DNA of 51,599 nucleotides from Callorhinchus milii (lineage: Eukaryota), in the NCBI RefSeq assembly GCF_018977255.1, contig NW_024705361.1, positions 1 through 51,599 of the forward strand, written 5' to 3'. The notes beneath the pieces are model-generated. The model worked only from the letters and a program-made list of their open reading frames with translations. It was not told the origin of the DNA and searched no databases. The position numbers were made by a program, and so were the translations under genes. This document shows, piece by piece, positions 1 through 10,780 of the stretch; position 1 is the first letter of the stretch; every line of letters begins with the position of its first letter.

Positions 1-598
1 TGCTGTGGCGGGCGTGTTTCAGCGGTGTGCATTTTCTGTGTGTGCGCCCAGTGCTGTGTCGCTCGTGTTGCCATTTCCCTTCAGTTTTTGCCTCTGCCCT
101 TAGTGAAGAATGTCCTGGTAGCTTTACTTTAACTTTTGTGCGATCAGTCCCTGGACTCTGTCCACGTACCCAAGAGTGTGATTTAATGTTACTTCCATAT
201 TTATTCTGTGGATCAACGTCTGTGAGTTTCGCTGGTGTCGCGAGCACTGATTTCTCCTCCCTTACGATGGTGTGAGGACATTTTTCCTCGTTTATTAGAG
301 ACGATTTCTCTCCCGTTTCCTTTCCAAATTTTTCCTCATTCCACAATCCCTGTCTGTATGCCTGTGTGAGAAGGTATGAGTCCTGTCCTGCCTTTCCTGC
401 AGTTTTTACATCGTGTTCGCCTTCGTTACATTTTATCCAGTCAATTAGTTTCCCCCGAGGTGTGTTCGTGTTATCGATACAGCTCCCTTCCCATATGTCT
501 CTCTGACTGTACTGCTTTGTAACAGATTGGTCGGTATGTTTTAATACGAGTTCCCAGTATCCCGTAACCCATTCAAAAATTATTCTTAATCCTAGCAT
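1..598 (-). CDS. gag: N-terminal part of Gag-like ORF of the host LTR element (runs off the left edge)
   Basis: Reverse complement is colinear with 5355-5952. ATG at 598-596; frame appears open; about nine substitutions seen by eye versus the + copy. Confidence 0.8.
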   Translation of the reverse strand, partial: MLGLRIIFEWVTGYWELVLKHTDQSVTKQYSQRDIWEGSCIDNTNTPRGKLIDWIKCNEGEHDVKTAGKAGQDSYLLTQAYRQGLWNEEKFGKETGEKSSLINEEKCPHTIVREEKSVLATPAKLTDVDPQNKYGSNIKSHSWVRGQSPGTDRTKVKVKLPGHSSLRAEAKTEGKWQHERHSTGRTHRKCTPLKHARHS

Positions 599-934
599 CT
601 CAAGTGGCAGGAGTTACTTTGACCTTTCTTTCAGAGTGCATATAAAACAATTATCTCACAGAGTGTAGTCAGTTTGACTCGAGCTGTTCTGTTATTTTCC
701 GATTCAGAGTGCGTACCTCTAACACCATTTATCACAGGATGCAATCGGTTTGATACGATATTATCTTAATTCCACTGTCTCTGTTTCAACCTGCTATTCT
801 GGGTTTTAACCTTAGAGGGCGTTTTTTTTTTGTTTTACGCCCGTTTACAATCACCATGCAATGTTCGATCCCGATATTCTGGTTAACACGTAGTGATTCA
901 TTCCATCATCCATGCAAAACACTGTCTGCGAGAG

Positions 935-954
935 ATCCCGGACGACGCCACCCA
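935..954 (-). other. Primer-binding site (tRNA-Pro-like) of the host LTR element
   Basis: Minus strand reads TGGGTGGCGTCGTCCGGGAT, 3 nt after the LTR end ACAACA; identical to 4997-5016. Confidence 0.75.
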
Positions 955-1798
955 TTATGTTGTATGTGTTGGATTATGAAATTTTGATGAAAATAATAAA
1001 ATGTAATAATTTCCAAAAATGCGCAAATCGCATTAATTATGTTAATGTATGTATTAACATGCATAAATTATGATAATGTGTGTAATTATATGCATAAATT
1101 ATGATAATCACGGAGATAATCGTAGTAATTTATGCGGATGCTTGCGATTATGTTAATGTGTGGAGTTGTGATAATTAGGCTTAGCTTCGTTTATCCAGGG
1201 TTATATCAATCAGGATAACACGATTATCATCGATTAAACGTTTACCGATTATCTTAGTGTGTTTATGTTATTTTAGGTCTCCAGTTTCAGATCTCATCAC
1301 AGGATACAGTTATCAAGAATAAGATAGTTTTGCATGGACTTGGAAAGAAGCACTCGAACAGTTGGTGTTAAGCAATTTTAATTCTAAACAAGCACATGAC
1401 ACTCTCTTATGCGAAAGCAGGTATACGTCAATAATTTCATTGCATACGTAAATGAATGACTATAAATACTTCTTCATTGGCGAAATTATGCAGTTAACGA
1501 AAATGAATGACTAAAACATTTCTTATTCATGTAACTCGACGGCAGCAACTGCTTTGCAGGATCAGTTGATATTGAACGCACCACCTCGAAATGGCAACCC
1601 TTTTGAAACGCAAAGATACATTTTTTTTTAAAGTCTTATTTGTGTGCGTGCTGTGTGTGCATTGTCCCCTCGTAATATTAATTGTGTCGTTAGCTTGTGT
1701 GGTGTAGGAGGATACAAACAGCGGCCAGAAGTTTTCTCTGGGTTGGGCGTGGCCGCCGCGAGCCCCTGCGTGTCTCTGCTTGTGCGCTCTCTCCCCCT

Positions 1799-2165
1799 CT
1801 ACTGCTAGATGACGAGTTGGCACGACGCTCGGTGACGCCTGGTGACGTCCGAGTCGTGCTGCTCTTGCACTCTCTCTCTCTCCACTGCTAGATGACGAGT
1901 TGGCACGACGCTCGGTGACGCCCGGTGACGTCCGAGTCGTGCTGCTCTTGCGCCTCTCTCTCTCTCTCCACTGCTGGATGACGAGTTGGCACGACGCTCG
2001 GTGACGCCCGGTGACGTCCGAGTCGTGCTGCTCTTGCGCTCTCTCTCTCTCCACTGCTGGATGACGAGTTGGCACGACGCTCGGTGACGCCCGGTGACGT
2101 CCGAGTCATGCTGCTCTTGCGCTCTCTCTCTCTCCACTGCTGGATGACGAGTTGGCACGACACTC
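1799..2165. repeat. Tandem array of ~83-86 bp unit (about 4.4 copies) inside the host LTR
   Basis: Unit CCACTGCTGGATGACGAGTTGGCACGACGCTCGGTGACGCCCGGTGACGTCCGAGTCGTGCTGCTCTTGCG(CT)n recurs at ~1799, 1882, 1968, 2051, 2134. Confidence 0.9.
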
Positions 2166-2224
2166 GCCGTCGCTCTGGACGTCTTGTCTGTTTACACTGG
2201 TCGTTGGTAGGTGTGCCCTCAAAC

Positions 2225-4993
2225 TGTTGTGTCTATACCCTTTTTTTATTTTATTAAGAACAATTCAAATTTTTTTTTTTATTATATTTTATTTTATCTA
2301 TATATCTTTTTTTTTTAATTAAACAAAGAAACAACTCACTTCTCCTCACAAGCACACCAGGAATCCACGAAACATGGAGGGCGGTTAAAATGTTGAGAAT
2401 TCGGTCACAGAAAGGTCATAGACATCCAGATGGACAAAAGATGTATGGACTAGCCTCCCAAGACATCTGGAGATGTACAGATAAGGTGCAGAGTAAATAA
2501 CGGTTGCAACTCGCGTTTTCTTAACATTTTCCTTACCGAAAAGTAGAAACTTAACAAAGATAATTAACCAACAAACAATATTTTTTTTTATTATTAGTAT
2601 ATGTTTCCTACCTACACGACCGTCCTAAAAACTAAAGAGTACGAATTCCAGAAAGCTTAAGTGGAAACATAGTTACGCTTAACCTCAGGACATTAAAATA
2701 TAACTCAGAATAAAACACCAATCTCTGGAGAACTAAACTTGGCGAAGCCCCAAAATAATAATGTGACGAGGATCATTACGAATATTAATTAAACATAGAC
2801 GAATGATAACCCCGATACTAAGACCGAAGGAACTCATAAAATATAATTCAAGAATAAATGTAACACACAGGACCACATAAATGTATTGCAAACATCTCCT
2901 CAGCCACCTTTGTCTTCCAGCGGGGTCTGACAAGCAAGGAGGGAGCAAAAAGGTCACAGGGGGGGGGGGTTTGTGCTGACATGGTTGTTTTCTCTCGCAA
3001 GAGACGCGGAGAGAGGAGAGGGTGCTCGCGTGTTTGAGTTAAGCACGGCCGCCTTTGTCTCCCCGCAGCACAAACAGATGGCCCATGAATGCTTGGAGGG
3101 TTAGGAAAGGTCGCGAGGAGGATCGCAGGGGTGTCTGCTTCTTCTCGCTCTGTTTGTGTTTTTTTTGTTGCCCGCTCGCAAGGAATGCAGAGAGAAGGGA
3201 GTCACGTTTTAAGTTAGGCACAGACACAGCGAACGAGCAGTCTGGGTTGAGTCGTGCTCAGTCTCGCAACTCGGCTTGCGACGCGGTGTTGCGACGGGGC
3301 TCGCAAGAGAGCGGAGGCACGTCGTGCCTCGAGGAGAGATGGAACGACGAGACATCGTTAAAGTGACAGTCTGAGAGCAGTCTGGGTTGAGTCGTGCTCA
3401 GTCTCGCAACTCGGCTTGCGACGCGGTGTTGCGACGGGGCTCGCAAGAGAGGTGTGGCAGTCGTGCCTCAAGGAGAGATGGGACGACGAGACGTCGTTAA
3501 AGTGACAGTCTGAGAGCAGTCTGTCCGAGGCGCGCTCGGTCTCGCAACTCGGCTTGCGACGCAGCGTTGCGACGGGGCTCGCAAGAGAGCGGGGGCAGAT
3601 CGTGCCTCGAGAAGTGATGGAACGAGGAGGGGTCGTTCGAGTCGCAGAAGTCTGAGTTCAACCTGGGTCGGGGCTGGGTTTCAGCCGCGCTCCGGCTGGC
3701 GGAGCGTCGTGAGGAAACGAAACACCGATGCCGATAGCAGGTGTCGCTTCTCGCAGAACGAAGTTAAGTGCGAGTGAAGCTGGCAGCTGCACGAACAAGG
3801 GAAGCACGGAGCAGAGAGAGTGACGAGTGACGACAAGCAATCAACCTGTAAAAGGGCGGAGATCGCCAAGCGTCGACCAAGCGTGCAAAGCAGAGAGCGC
3901 GAAGCAGTGGAGAAAGCCTGGTCAAACGGCTGTGAGGAGGAGGACAGCGCTGTTGAATGCGCCGTGTGTCTAATACACACCCAGATCAACCAGCATCAAC
4001 CAAAACCGACTCGTCATCCCGCAGTGGAGAAAAGAGTCAAAGTCTTCCGACCGAGCGCCACCGAGCGACAACGAGCGACACGAGCGACGAGCATCTTCAA
4101 GGACAGCATCGTGCCAACTCGTCATCCAGCAGTGGAGAGTGAGAGAGCGCACAAGCAGAGACACGCAAGAGAGGCTCGCGGCGGCCACGCCCAACCCAGA
4201 GAAAACTTCTGGCCGCTGTTTGTATCCTCCTACACCACACAAGCTAACGACACAATTAATATTACGAGAGGACAACGCACACACAGCACGCACACGAATA
4301 AGACTTTAAAAAAAATGTATCTTTGCGTTTCAAAAAGGGTTGCCATTTCGAGGTGGTGCGTTCAATATCAACTGATCGTGCAAAGCAGTTGCTGCCGTCG
4401 AGTTACATGAATAAGAAATGTTTTAGTCATTCATTTTCGTTAACTGCATAATATCGCCAATGAAGAAGTATTTTTAGTCATTCATTTTCGTTAATTGCAT
4501 AATCGAGTTACATGAATTTATTGACGTATACCTGCTTTCGCATAAGAGAGTGTCATGTGCTTGTTTAGAATTAAAATTGCTTAACACCAACTGTTCGAGT
4601 GCTTCTTTCCAAGTCCATGCAAAACTGTCTTATTCTTGATAACTGTATCCTGTGATGAGATCTGAACCTGGAGACCTAAAATAACAAACACACTAAGATA
4701 ATCAGCAAATGTTTAATCGATGATAATCGTGTTATCCTGATTGATATAACTCTGGATAAACGAAGCTAAGCCTAATTATCACAACTGCACACATTAACAT
4801 AACCGCAAGCATCCGCATAAATTACTACGATTATCTCCGCGATTATCATAATTTATGCATATAATTACACACATTATCATAATTTATGCATATTAATACA
4901 CCACTATCATAATTAATGCGATTTGCGCATTTTTCGGAAAATTATTAATTTTTATTATTTTTATCAAAATTTCATAATCCAACACATACAACA
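2225..4993 (+). repeat. 5' LTR (2769 bp)
   Basis: Direct repeat of 8273-10780; TG...CA ends; followed by the PBS. Confidence 0.9.
3234..3640. repeat. Three ~140 bp tandem units within the LTR
   Basis: GAGCAGTCTG...GTCTCGCAACTCGGCTTGCGACGC...TTGCGACGGGGCTCGCAAGAGAG recurs near 3235, 3375 and 3514. Two units in the host LTR (11165-11375); a collapsed version at 9275-9420. Confidence 0.85.
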
Positions 4994-4996
4994 TAA

Positions 4997-5016
4997 TGGG
5001 TGGCGTCGTCCGGGAT
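4997..5016 (+). other. Primer-binding site (tRNA-Pro-like)
   Basis: TGGGTGGCGTCGTCCGGGAT versus the canonical tRNA-Pro PBS TGGGGGCTCGTCCGGGAT (two extra bases). Confidence 0.75.
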
Positions 5017-5354
5017 CTCTCGCAGACAGTGTTTTGCATGGATGATGGAATGAATCACTACGTGTTAACCAGAATATCGTGATCGAACATTGCATGGTGA
5101 TTGTAAACGGGCGTAAAACAAAAAAAAAACGCCCTCTAAGGTTAAAACCCAGAATAGCAGGTTGAAACAGAGACAGTGGAATTAAGATAATATCGTATCG
5201 AACCAATTGCATCCTGTGATAAATGGTGTTAGAGGTACGCACACTGAATCGGAAAATAACAGACTCGTCGAGTCAAACTGACCACACTCTGTGAGATAAC
5301 TGTTTTATATGCACTCTGAAAGGAAATGTCAAAGTAACTCTTGCCATACTTAAG

Positions 5355-7925
5355 ATGCTAGGATTAAGAATAATATTTGAATGGGTTACGGGATACTGGG
5401 AGCTCGTATTAAAACGTACCGACCAATCTGTTACAAAGCAGTACAGTCAGAGAGACATATGGGAAGGGAGCTGTATCGATAACACGAACACACCTCGGGG
5501 GAAACTAATTGACTGGATAAAATGTAACGAAGGCGAACACGATGCAAAAACTGCAGGAAAGGCAGGACAGGACTCATTCCTTTTCACACAGGCATACAGA
5601 CAGGGATTGTGGAATGAGGAAAAATTTGGAAAGGAAACGGGAGAGAAATCGTCTCTAATAAACGAGGAAAAATGTCCTCACACCATCGTAAGGGAGGAGA
5701 AATCAGTGCTCGCGACACCAGCGAAACTCACAGACGTTGATCCACAGAATAAATATGGAAGTAACATTAAATCACACTCTTGGGTACGTGGACAGAGTCC
5801 AGGGACTGATCGCACAAAAGTTAAAGTAAAGCTACCAGGACATTCTTCACTAAGGGCAGAGGCAAAAACTGAAGGGAAATGGCAACACGAGCGACACAGC
5901 ACTGGGCGCGCACACAGAAAATGCACACCGCTTAAACACGCCCGACACAGCACAGACCAAAGTGACAGATTGCCTGATGATAACTTGTTTGATGATGACG
6001 CTGTCGGCAATCAACTTTCGGAATACCTATTCACCAGTAAAACCCTTAAATTGATGGACAAGGCTCTAGTCAGAATTCCCGATTTTGATCCACACAATAC
6101 GTCCATGGATATACACACACATATCGCAACAGTAGAAGAGGAGGCAATGATTAGAGGGCTGAGGAGACGGGATGAAAAAGCGAGTTTGTTGAAACGGAGC
6201 TTACATAAAGAATCTATCCCATGGGTAAAGTCACTACCACACAAGGTTAGAAATGATTTTAAACAACTGAGCCTGGCAGTGATTCGGAAGTTTGGAGAAT
6301 ATTCGACACTCACTGAGGGGTTTTATGCTGTAAAATCGATGACCCAGGGCATGGACCAAGACCCACGTGACTACCTTTTACAATTTAAAAGAGCGTATTA
6401 CGCAGGCGATGTGAATCAATACCACGAAGGAGATAAAATGTTCAAAATTATGTTTTTTGAATCCTTGAGCCCAGAGATTACAGAAAGGGTGAGAATGGTT
6501 TTGAATCCAGAAACCGCATCCTTACGCCGCATAGAGAGCAAGGCGTACATGGCATGGTTATACAGAGCTAAGAATCATAATTCGGATCCAGAACACAGGG
6601 AGAGGGATAAGGAACCCAGCCTCTCAGAGAGAAATAAAAATCACCGAGCAGTCCCACGATGCAGGGAGGAGCAAAAACGCACGCACCCGTGGCAAAATAA
6701 ACCAGAGAGAGGTTGGCACGAGAATGAGAGCGGCACAAAGCCGAACATTCAGGAGAATCGCAGAATGTGGAGGCCAAGGGCAGAATCATATCAACACCCC
6801 ATGCCCCGACATACGCAAGGTCAAAATTACCCACAAAGATGGCGAAGTAACGATCCAGGAAAAATTTGGCACCCAAATGGGAGAAACACTGGGCCAAAAA
6901 TGTACGAGAATCGTAGGAGGGAGAGGTTCAGAACAGAACCATATCAACACCCCATGCCACGACACACGCAAGGTCAAAATTACCCACAAAAATGGCAAAG
7001 TAACAATCCAGGAAAAATTTGGCACCCAAATGGGAGTAACACTGGGCCAAAAATGTACGAGAATCGCAGGATGGGAGGTCAAAAACAATCAGTCCAATTA
7101 CGACCAATTCCTCCACCGGCTATACCAGGAGGGAATAGAGGAATAACACAGAATGCGGTCCAAATACGTGATGAACCGCACGCTGAAGTTTTGTTAAACC
7201 CTGAGCTCAATGGGAAATACAAGCAGGCTGCAAGTGACAGGGCGAACAAATACCGCCACGACAGGGAAACATCAAATGCATACGATGCGGTAAGAAACAC
7301 GAGCAGTGCTCTTGTAAATGACACGCGGATCAAATACAAGGACAGGGCTGCATTGAAGCGTGATCGGACAGTAGATAACAGACAGCAGAGACAGAGAGAG
7401 CACACAGGAAAAACAGTGCCACGCGTCGCAAAAGAGAGCGATAATGGTGCAGGGAGAGGGAACACAGAGACCCACCCTGGGAAGTACAGGCGTGAGCCTC
7501 TGAATGGAAAATATCCAAATGAAACAAAAATTAATGTGGATCGGAGTGCTGAAATGGAGACGAATGTCCATGACGTATCGGGAATGGTGCTGAAATCCAA
7601 CCCACTCGTACAAACCAAGAGGGCAACATTACGAGGCACAGAATTAAATCGACACACTGACTCGGCAAATGTGCATGTAATCGCAGAGAGAGCGGATGCC
7701 ACAAACCAAGTGTCAAAGTTGGTTGTGTGCGCGAATTCTGGTTATGTGCAGCACAATTTTTCACCACACACTCCCACGACGCGAGAGAGTGAGAGAGGAA
7801 ACTACAAAAACGAACCCGAAAACCGTGATCGAATGATCAAAGTGATAAGTGGTAAACCAGGTAACAGGAGGAAAATAACGCAAAAATGCGTTCGAAACCG
7901 CTACCTAGCGTTTCCCAGGATTTAA
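5355..7925 (+). CDS. gag: Gag-like protein, 856 aa (capsid-like core ~aa 235-400, long low-complexity basic C-terminus)
   Basis: Only long ORF in the window; lies between PBS and PPT; has a major-homology-region-like motif TQGMDQDPRDYLLQFKRAYY. No CCHC knuckle, protease, RT or integrase motif seen. Confidence 0.8.
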   Translation: MLGLRIIFEWVTGYWELVLKRTDQSVTKQYSQRDIWEGSCIDNTNTPRGKLIDWIKCNEGEHDAKTAGKAGQDSFLFTQAYRQGLWNEEKFGKETGEKSSLINEEKCPHTIVREEKSVLATPAKLTDVDPQNKYGSNIKSHSWVRGQSPGTDRTKVKVKLPGHSSLRAEAKTEGKWQHERHSTGRAHRKCTPLKHARHSTDQSDRLPDDNLFDDDAVGNQLSEYLFTSKTLKLMDKALVRIPDFDPHNTSMDIHTHIATVEEEAMIRGLRRRDEKASLLKRSLHKESIPWVKSLPHKVRNDFKQLSLAVIRKFGEYSTLTEGFYAVKSMTQGMDQDPRDYLLQFKRAYYAGDVNQYHEGDKMFKIMFFESLSPEITERVRMVLNPETASLRRIESKAYMAWLYRAKNHNSDPEHRERDKEPSLSERNKNHRAVPRCREEQKRTHPWQNKPERGWHENESGTKPNIQENRRMWRPRAESYQHPMPRHTQGQNYPQRWRSNDPGKIWHPNGRNTGPKMYENRRRERFRTEPYQHPMPRHTQGQNYPQKWQSNNPGKIWHPNGSNTGPKMYENRRMGGQKQSVQLRPIPPPAIPGGNRGITQNAVQIRDEPHAEVLLNPELNGKYKQAASDRANKYRHDRETSNAYDAVRNTSSALVNDTRIKYKDRAALKRDRTVDNRQQRQREHTGKTVPRVAKESDNGAGRGNTETHPGKYRREPLNGKYPNETKINVDRSAEMETNVHDVSGMVLKSNPLVQTKRATLRGTELNRHTDSANVHVIAERADATNQVSKLVVCANSGYVQHNFSPHTPTTRESERGNYKNEPENRDRMIKVISGKPGNRRKITQKCVRNRYLAFPRI
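6753..7070 (+). repeat. In-frame 153-bp (51 aa) tandem duplication in the Gag-like ORF
   Basis: ENRR starts at 6753, 6906 and 7059; YQHPMPRHTQGQNYPQ...PGKIWHPNG.NTGPKMY occurs twice. Confidence 0.9.
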
Positions 7926-8260
7926 CAAAAACAAAAAAATTAATATCCGCCGTAGTTATGATGTATGAGAACCGATGTAATGTAATATCGATGTTTAACG
8001 TTTTGTTTTATTTTCTTTGCTCAATTCAAATGTAACCATGTTAAGATTGTGATACATACGCGCGCGCTTTGGAAGGAACGTTTTGTTTTATTCTCTTTGC
8101 TTATTTAAAATGTAACCAGGTTAAGATTGTAATACGTACACGCGCGTCGTAAGAAATAACCGCCGAGAGTGAGGGCGGCTTATGGATTCATAACACAAAA
8201 AAAGGGCATTTACTTGGTTTGAAAATTCGCCAGTGGCCAAATCGACCCCTGATAATTTTC

Positions 8261-8271
8261 AAAAGGGCGGA
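8261..8271 (+). other. Polypurine tract
   Basis: AAAAGGGCGGA ends 1 nt before the 3' LTR start TGTTGT. Confidence 0.65.
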
Positions 8272-8272
8272 T

Positions 8273-10780
8273 TGTTGTGTCTATACCCTTTTTTTATTTT
8301 ATTAAGAACAATAAAAAAAATATTATATTTTATTTTATCTATATATCTTTTTTTTATTAAACAAAGAAAACAACTCACTTCTCCTCACAAGCACACCAGG
8401 AATCCACGAAACATGGAGGGCGGTTAAAATGTTGAGAATTCGGTCACAGAAAGGTCATAGACATCCAGATGGACAAAAGATGTATGGACTAGCCTCCCAA
8501 GACATCTGGAGATGTACAGATAAGGTGCAGAGTAAATAACGGTTGCAACTCGCGTTTTCTTAACATTTTCCTTACCGAAAAGTAGAAACTTAACAAAGAT
8601 AATTAACCAACAAACAATAATTTTTTTTTATTATTAGTATGTTTCCTACCTACACGACCTTCCTAAAAACTAAAGAGTACGAATTCCAGAAAGCTTAAGT
8701 GGAAACATAGTTACGCTTAACCTCAGGACATTAAAATATAACTCAGAATAAAACACCAATCTCTGGAGAACTAAACTTGGCGAAGCCCCAAAATAATAAT
8801 GTGACGAGGATCATTACGAATATTAATTAAACATAGACGAATGATAACCCCGATACTAAGACCGAAGGAACTCATAAAATATAATTCAAGAATAAATGTA
8901 ACACACAGGACCACATAAATGTATTGCAAACATCTCCTCAGCCACCTTTGTCTTCCAGCGGGGTCTGACAAGCAAGGAGGGAGCAAAAAGGTCACAGGGG
9001 GGGGGGGTTTGTGCTGACATTGGTTGTTTTCTCTCGCAAGAGACGCGGAGAGAGGAGAGGGTGCTTGCGTGTTTGAGTTAAGCACGGCCGCCTTTGTCTC
9101 CCCGCAGCACAAACAGATGGCCCATGAATGCTTGGAGGGTTAGGAAAGGTCGCGAGGAGGATCGCAGGGGTGTCTGCTTCTTCTCGCTCTGTTTGTGGTT
9201 TTTTTTGTTGCCCGCTCGCAAGGAATGCAGAGAGAAGGGAGTCACGTTTTAAGTTAGGCACAAACACAGCGAACGAGCAGTCTGGGTTGAGTCGTGCTCA
9301 GTCTCGCAACTCGGCTTGCGACGCGGTGTTGCGAGGCGAGAGCTCGGGCTTGACGACAGGCAGTCGTAGGTTGGACGCAGTTGCGAGGGCTCGCAAGAAA
9401 GCGGGGCGTGTGCCTCGAGAAGTGTGGAAGAGGAGGGTCGTTCGAGTCGCAGAAGTCTGAGTTCAACCTGGGTCGGGCTGGGTTCAGCGGCTCGGTGGGG
9501 AGGTCGTGAGGAGACACCGTGCGATAGCGGGTGCTCTGCAGAACGAAGTTAAGTGCGAGTGAAGCTGGCGCTGCACGAACAAGGGAAGCACGGAGCAGAG
9601 AGAGTGACGAGTGACGACAAGCAATCAACCTGTAAAAGGGCGGAGATCGCCAAGCGTCGACCAAGCGTGCAAAGCAGAGAGCGCGAAGCAGTGGAGAAAG
9701 CCTGGTCAAACGGCTGTGAGGAGGAGGACACGCTGTTGAATGCGCCGTGTGTCTAATACACACCCAGATCAACCAGCATCAACCAAAACCGACTCGTCAT
9801 CCCGCAGTGGAGAAAGAGAGTCAAAGTCTTCCGACCGAGCGCCACCGAGCGACAACGAGCGACACGAGCGACCGAGCATCTTCAAGGACAGCATCGTGCC
9901 AACTCGTCATCCAGCAGTGGAGAGTGAGAGAGCGCACAAGCAGAGACACACAAGAGAGGCTCGCGGCGGCCACGCCCAACCCAGAGAAAACTTCTGGCCG
10001 CTGTTTGTATCCTCCTACACCACACAAGCTAACGACACAATTAATATTACGAGAGGACAACGCACACACAGCACGCACACGAATAAGACTTTAAAAAAAA
10101 ATGTATCTTTGCGTTTCAAAAAGGGTTGCCATTTCTAGGTGGTGCGTTCAATATCAACTGATCGTGCAAAGCAGTTGCTGCCGTCGAGTTACATGAATAA
10201 GAAATGTTTTAGTCATTCATTTTCGTTAACTGCATAATATCGCCAATGAAGAAGTATTTTTAGTCATTCATTTTCGTTAATTGCATAATCGAGTTACATG
10301 AATTTATTGACGTATACCTGCTTTCGCATAAGAGAGTGTCATGTGCTTGTTTAGAATTAAAATTGCTTAACACCAACTGTTCGAGTGCTTCTTTCCAAGT
10401 CCATGCAAAACTGTCTTATTCTTGATAACTGTATCCTGTGATGAGATCTGAACCTGGAGACCTAAAATAACAAACACACTAAGATAATCAGCAAATGTTT
10501 AATCGATGATAATCGTGTTATCCTGATTGATATAACTCTGGATAAACGAAGCTAAGCCTAATTATCACAACTGCACACATTAACATAACCGCAAGCATCT
10601 GCATAAATTACTACGATTATCTCCGCGATTATCATAATTTATGCATATAATTACACACATTATCATAATTTATGCATATTAATACACACACTATCATAAT
10701 TAATGCGATTTGCGCATTTTTCGGAAAATTATAAAATTTTATTATTTTTATCAAAATTTCATAATCCAACAAATACAACA
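8273..10780 (+). repeat. 3' LTR (2508 bp)
   Basis: Near-identical to 2225-4993 except for a shortened, garbled 9330-9570 segment. Confidence 0.9.

Larger units (their letters stand above)
2225..10780 (+). mobile_element. Complete gag-only LTR retroelement (Ty3/Gypsy-like, non-autonomous)
   Basis: TGTTGT...ACAACA termini, two direct LTRs, PBS, single long ORF, PPT, and 4-bp TSD AAAC (2221-2224 and 10781-10784). Confidence 0.9.

Noticed and set aside
1799..2165. CRISPR-like regular repeats
   Set aside because: Whole units repeat with no unique spacers; they lie inside a eukaryotic LTR; no cas genes.
1527..4410. ORFs of 100-196 aa within the LTRs (also 9740-10138, 10703-11639)
   Set aside because: They arise from GC-rich tandem repeats, frames differ between LTR copies, and no domains are recognisable.
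2225..10780. Endogenous retrovirus (Pro PBS, 4-bp TSD)
   Set aside because: No pol or env to support it; these features also fit Ty3/Gypsy elements. Classification is left open pending a capsid comparison.
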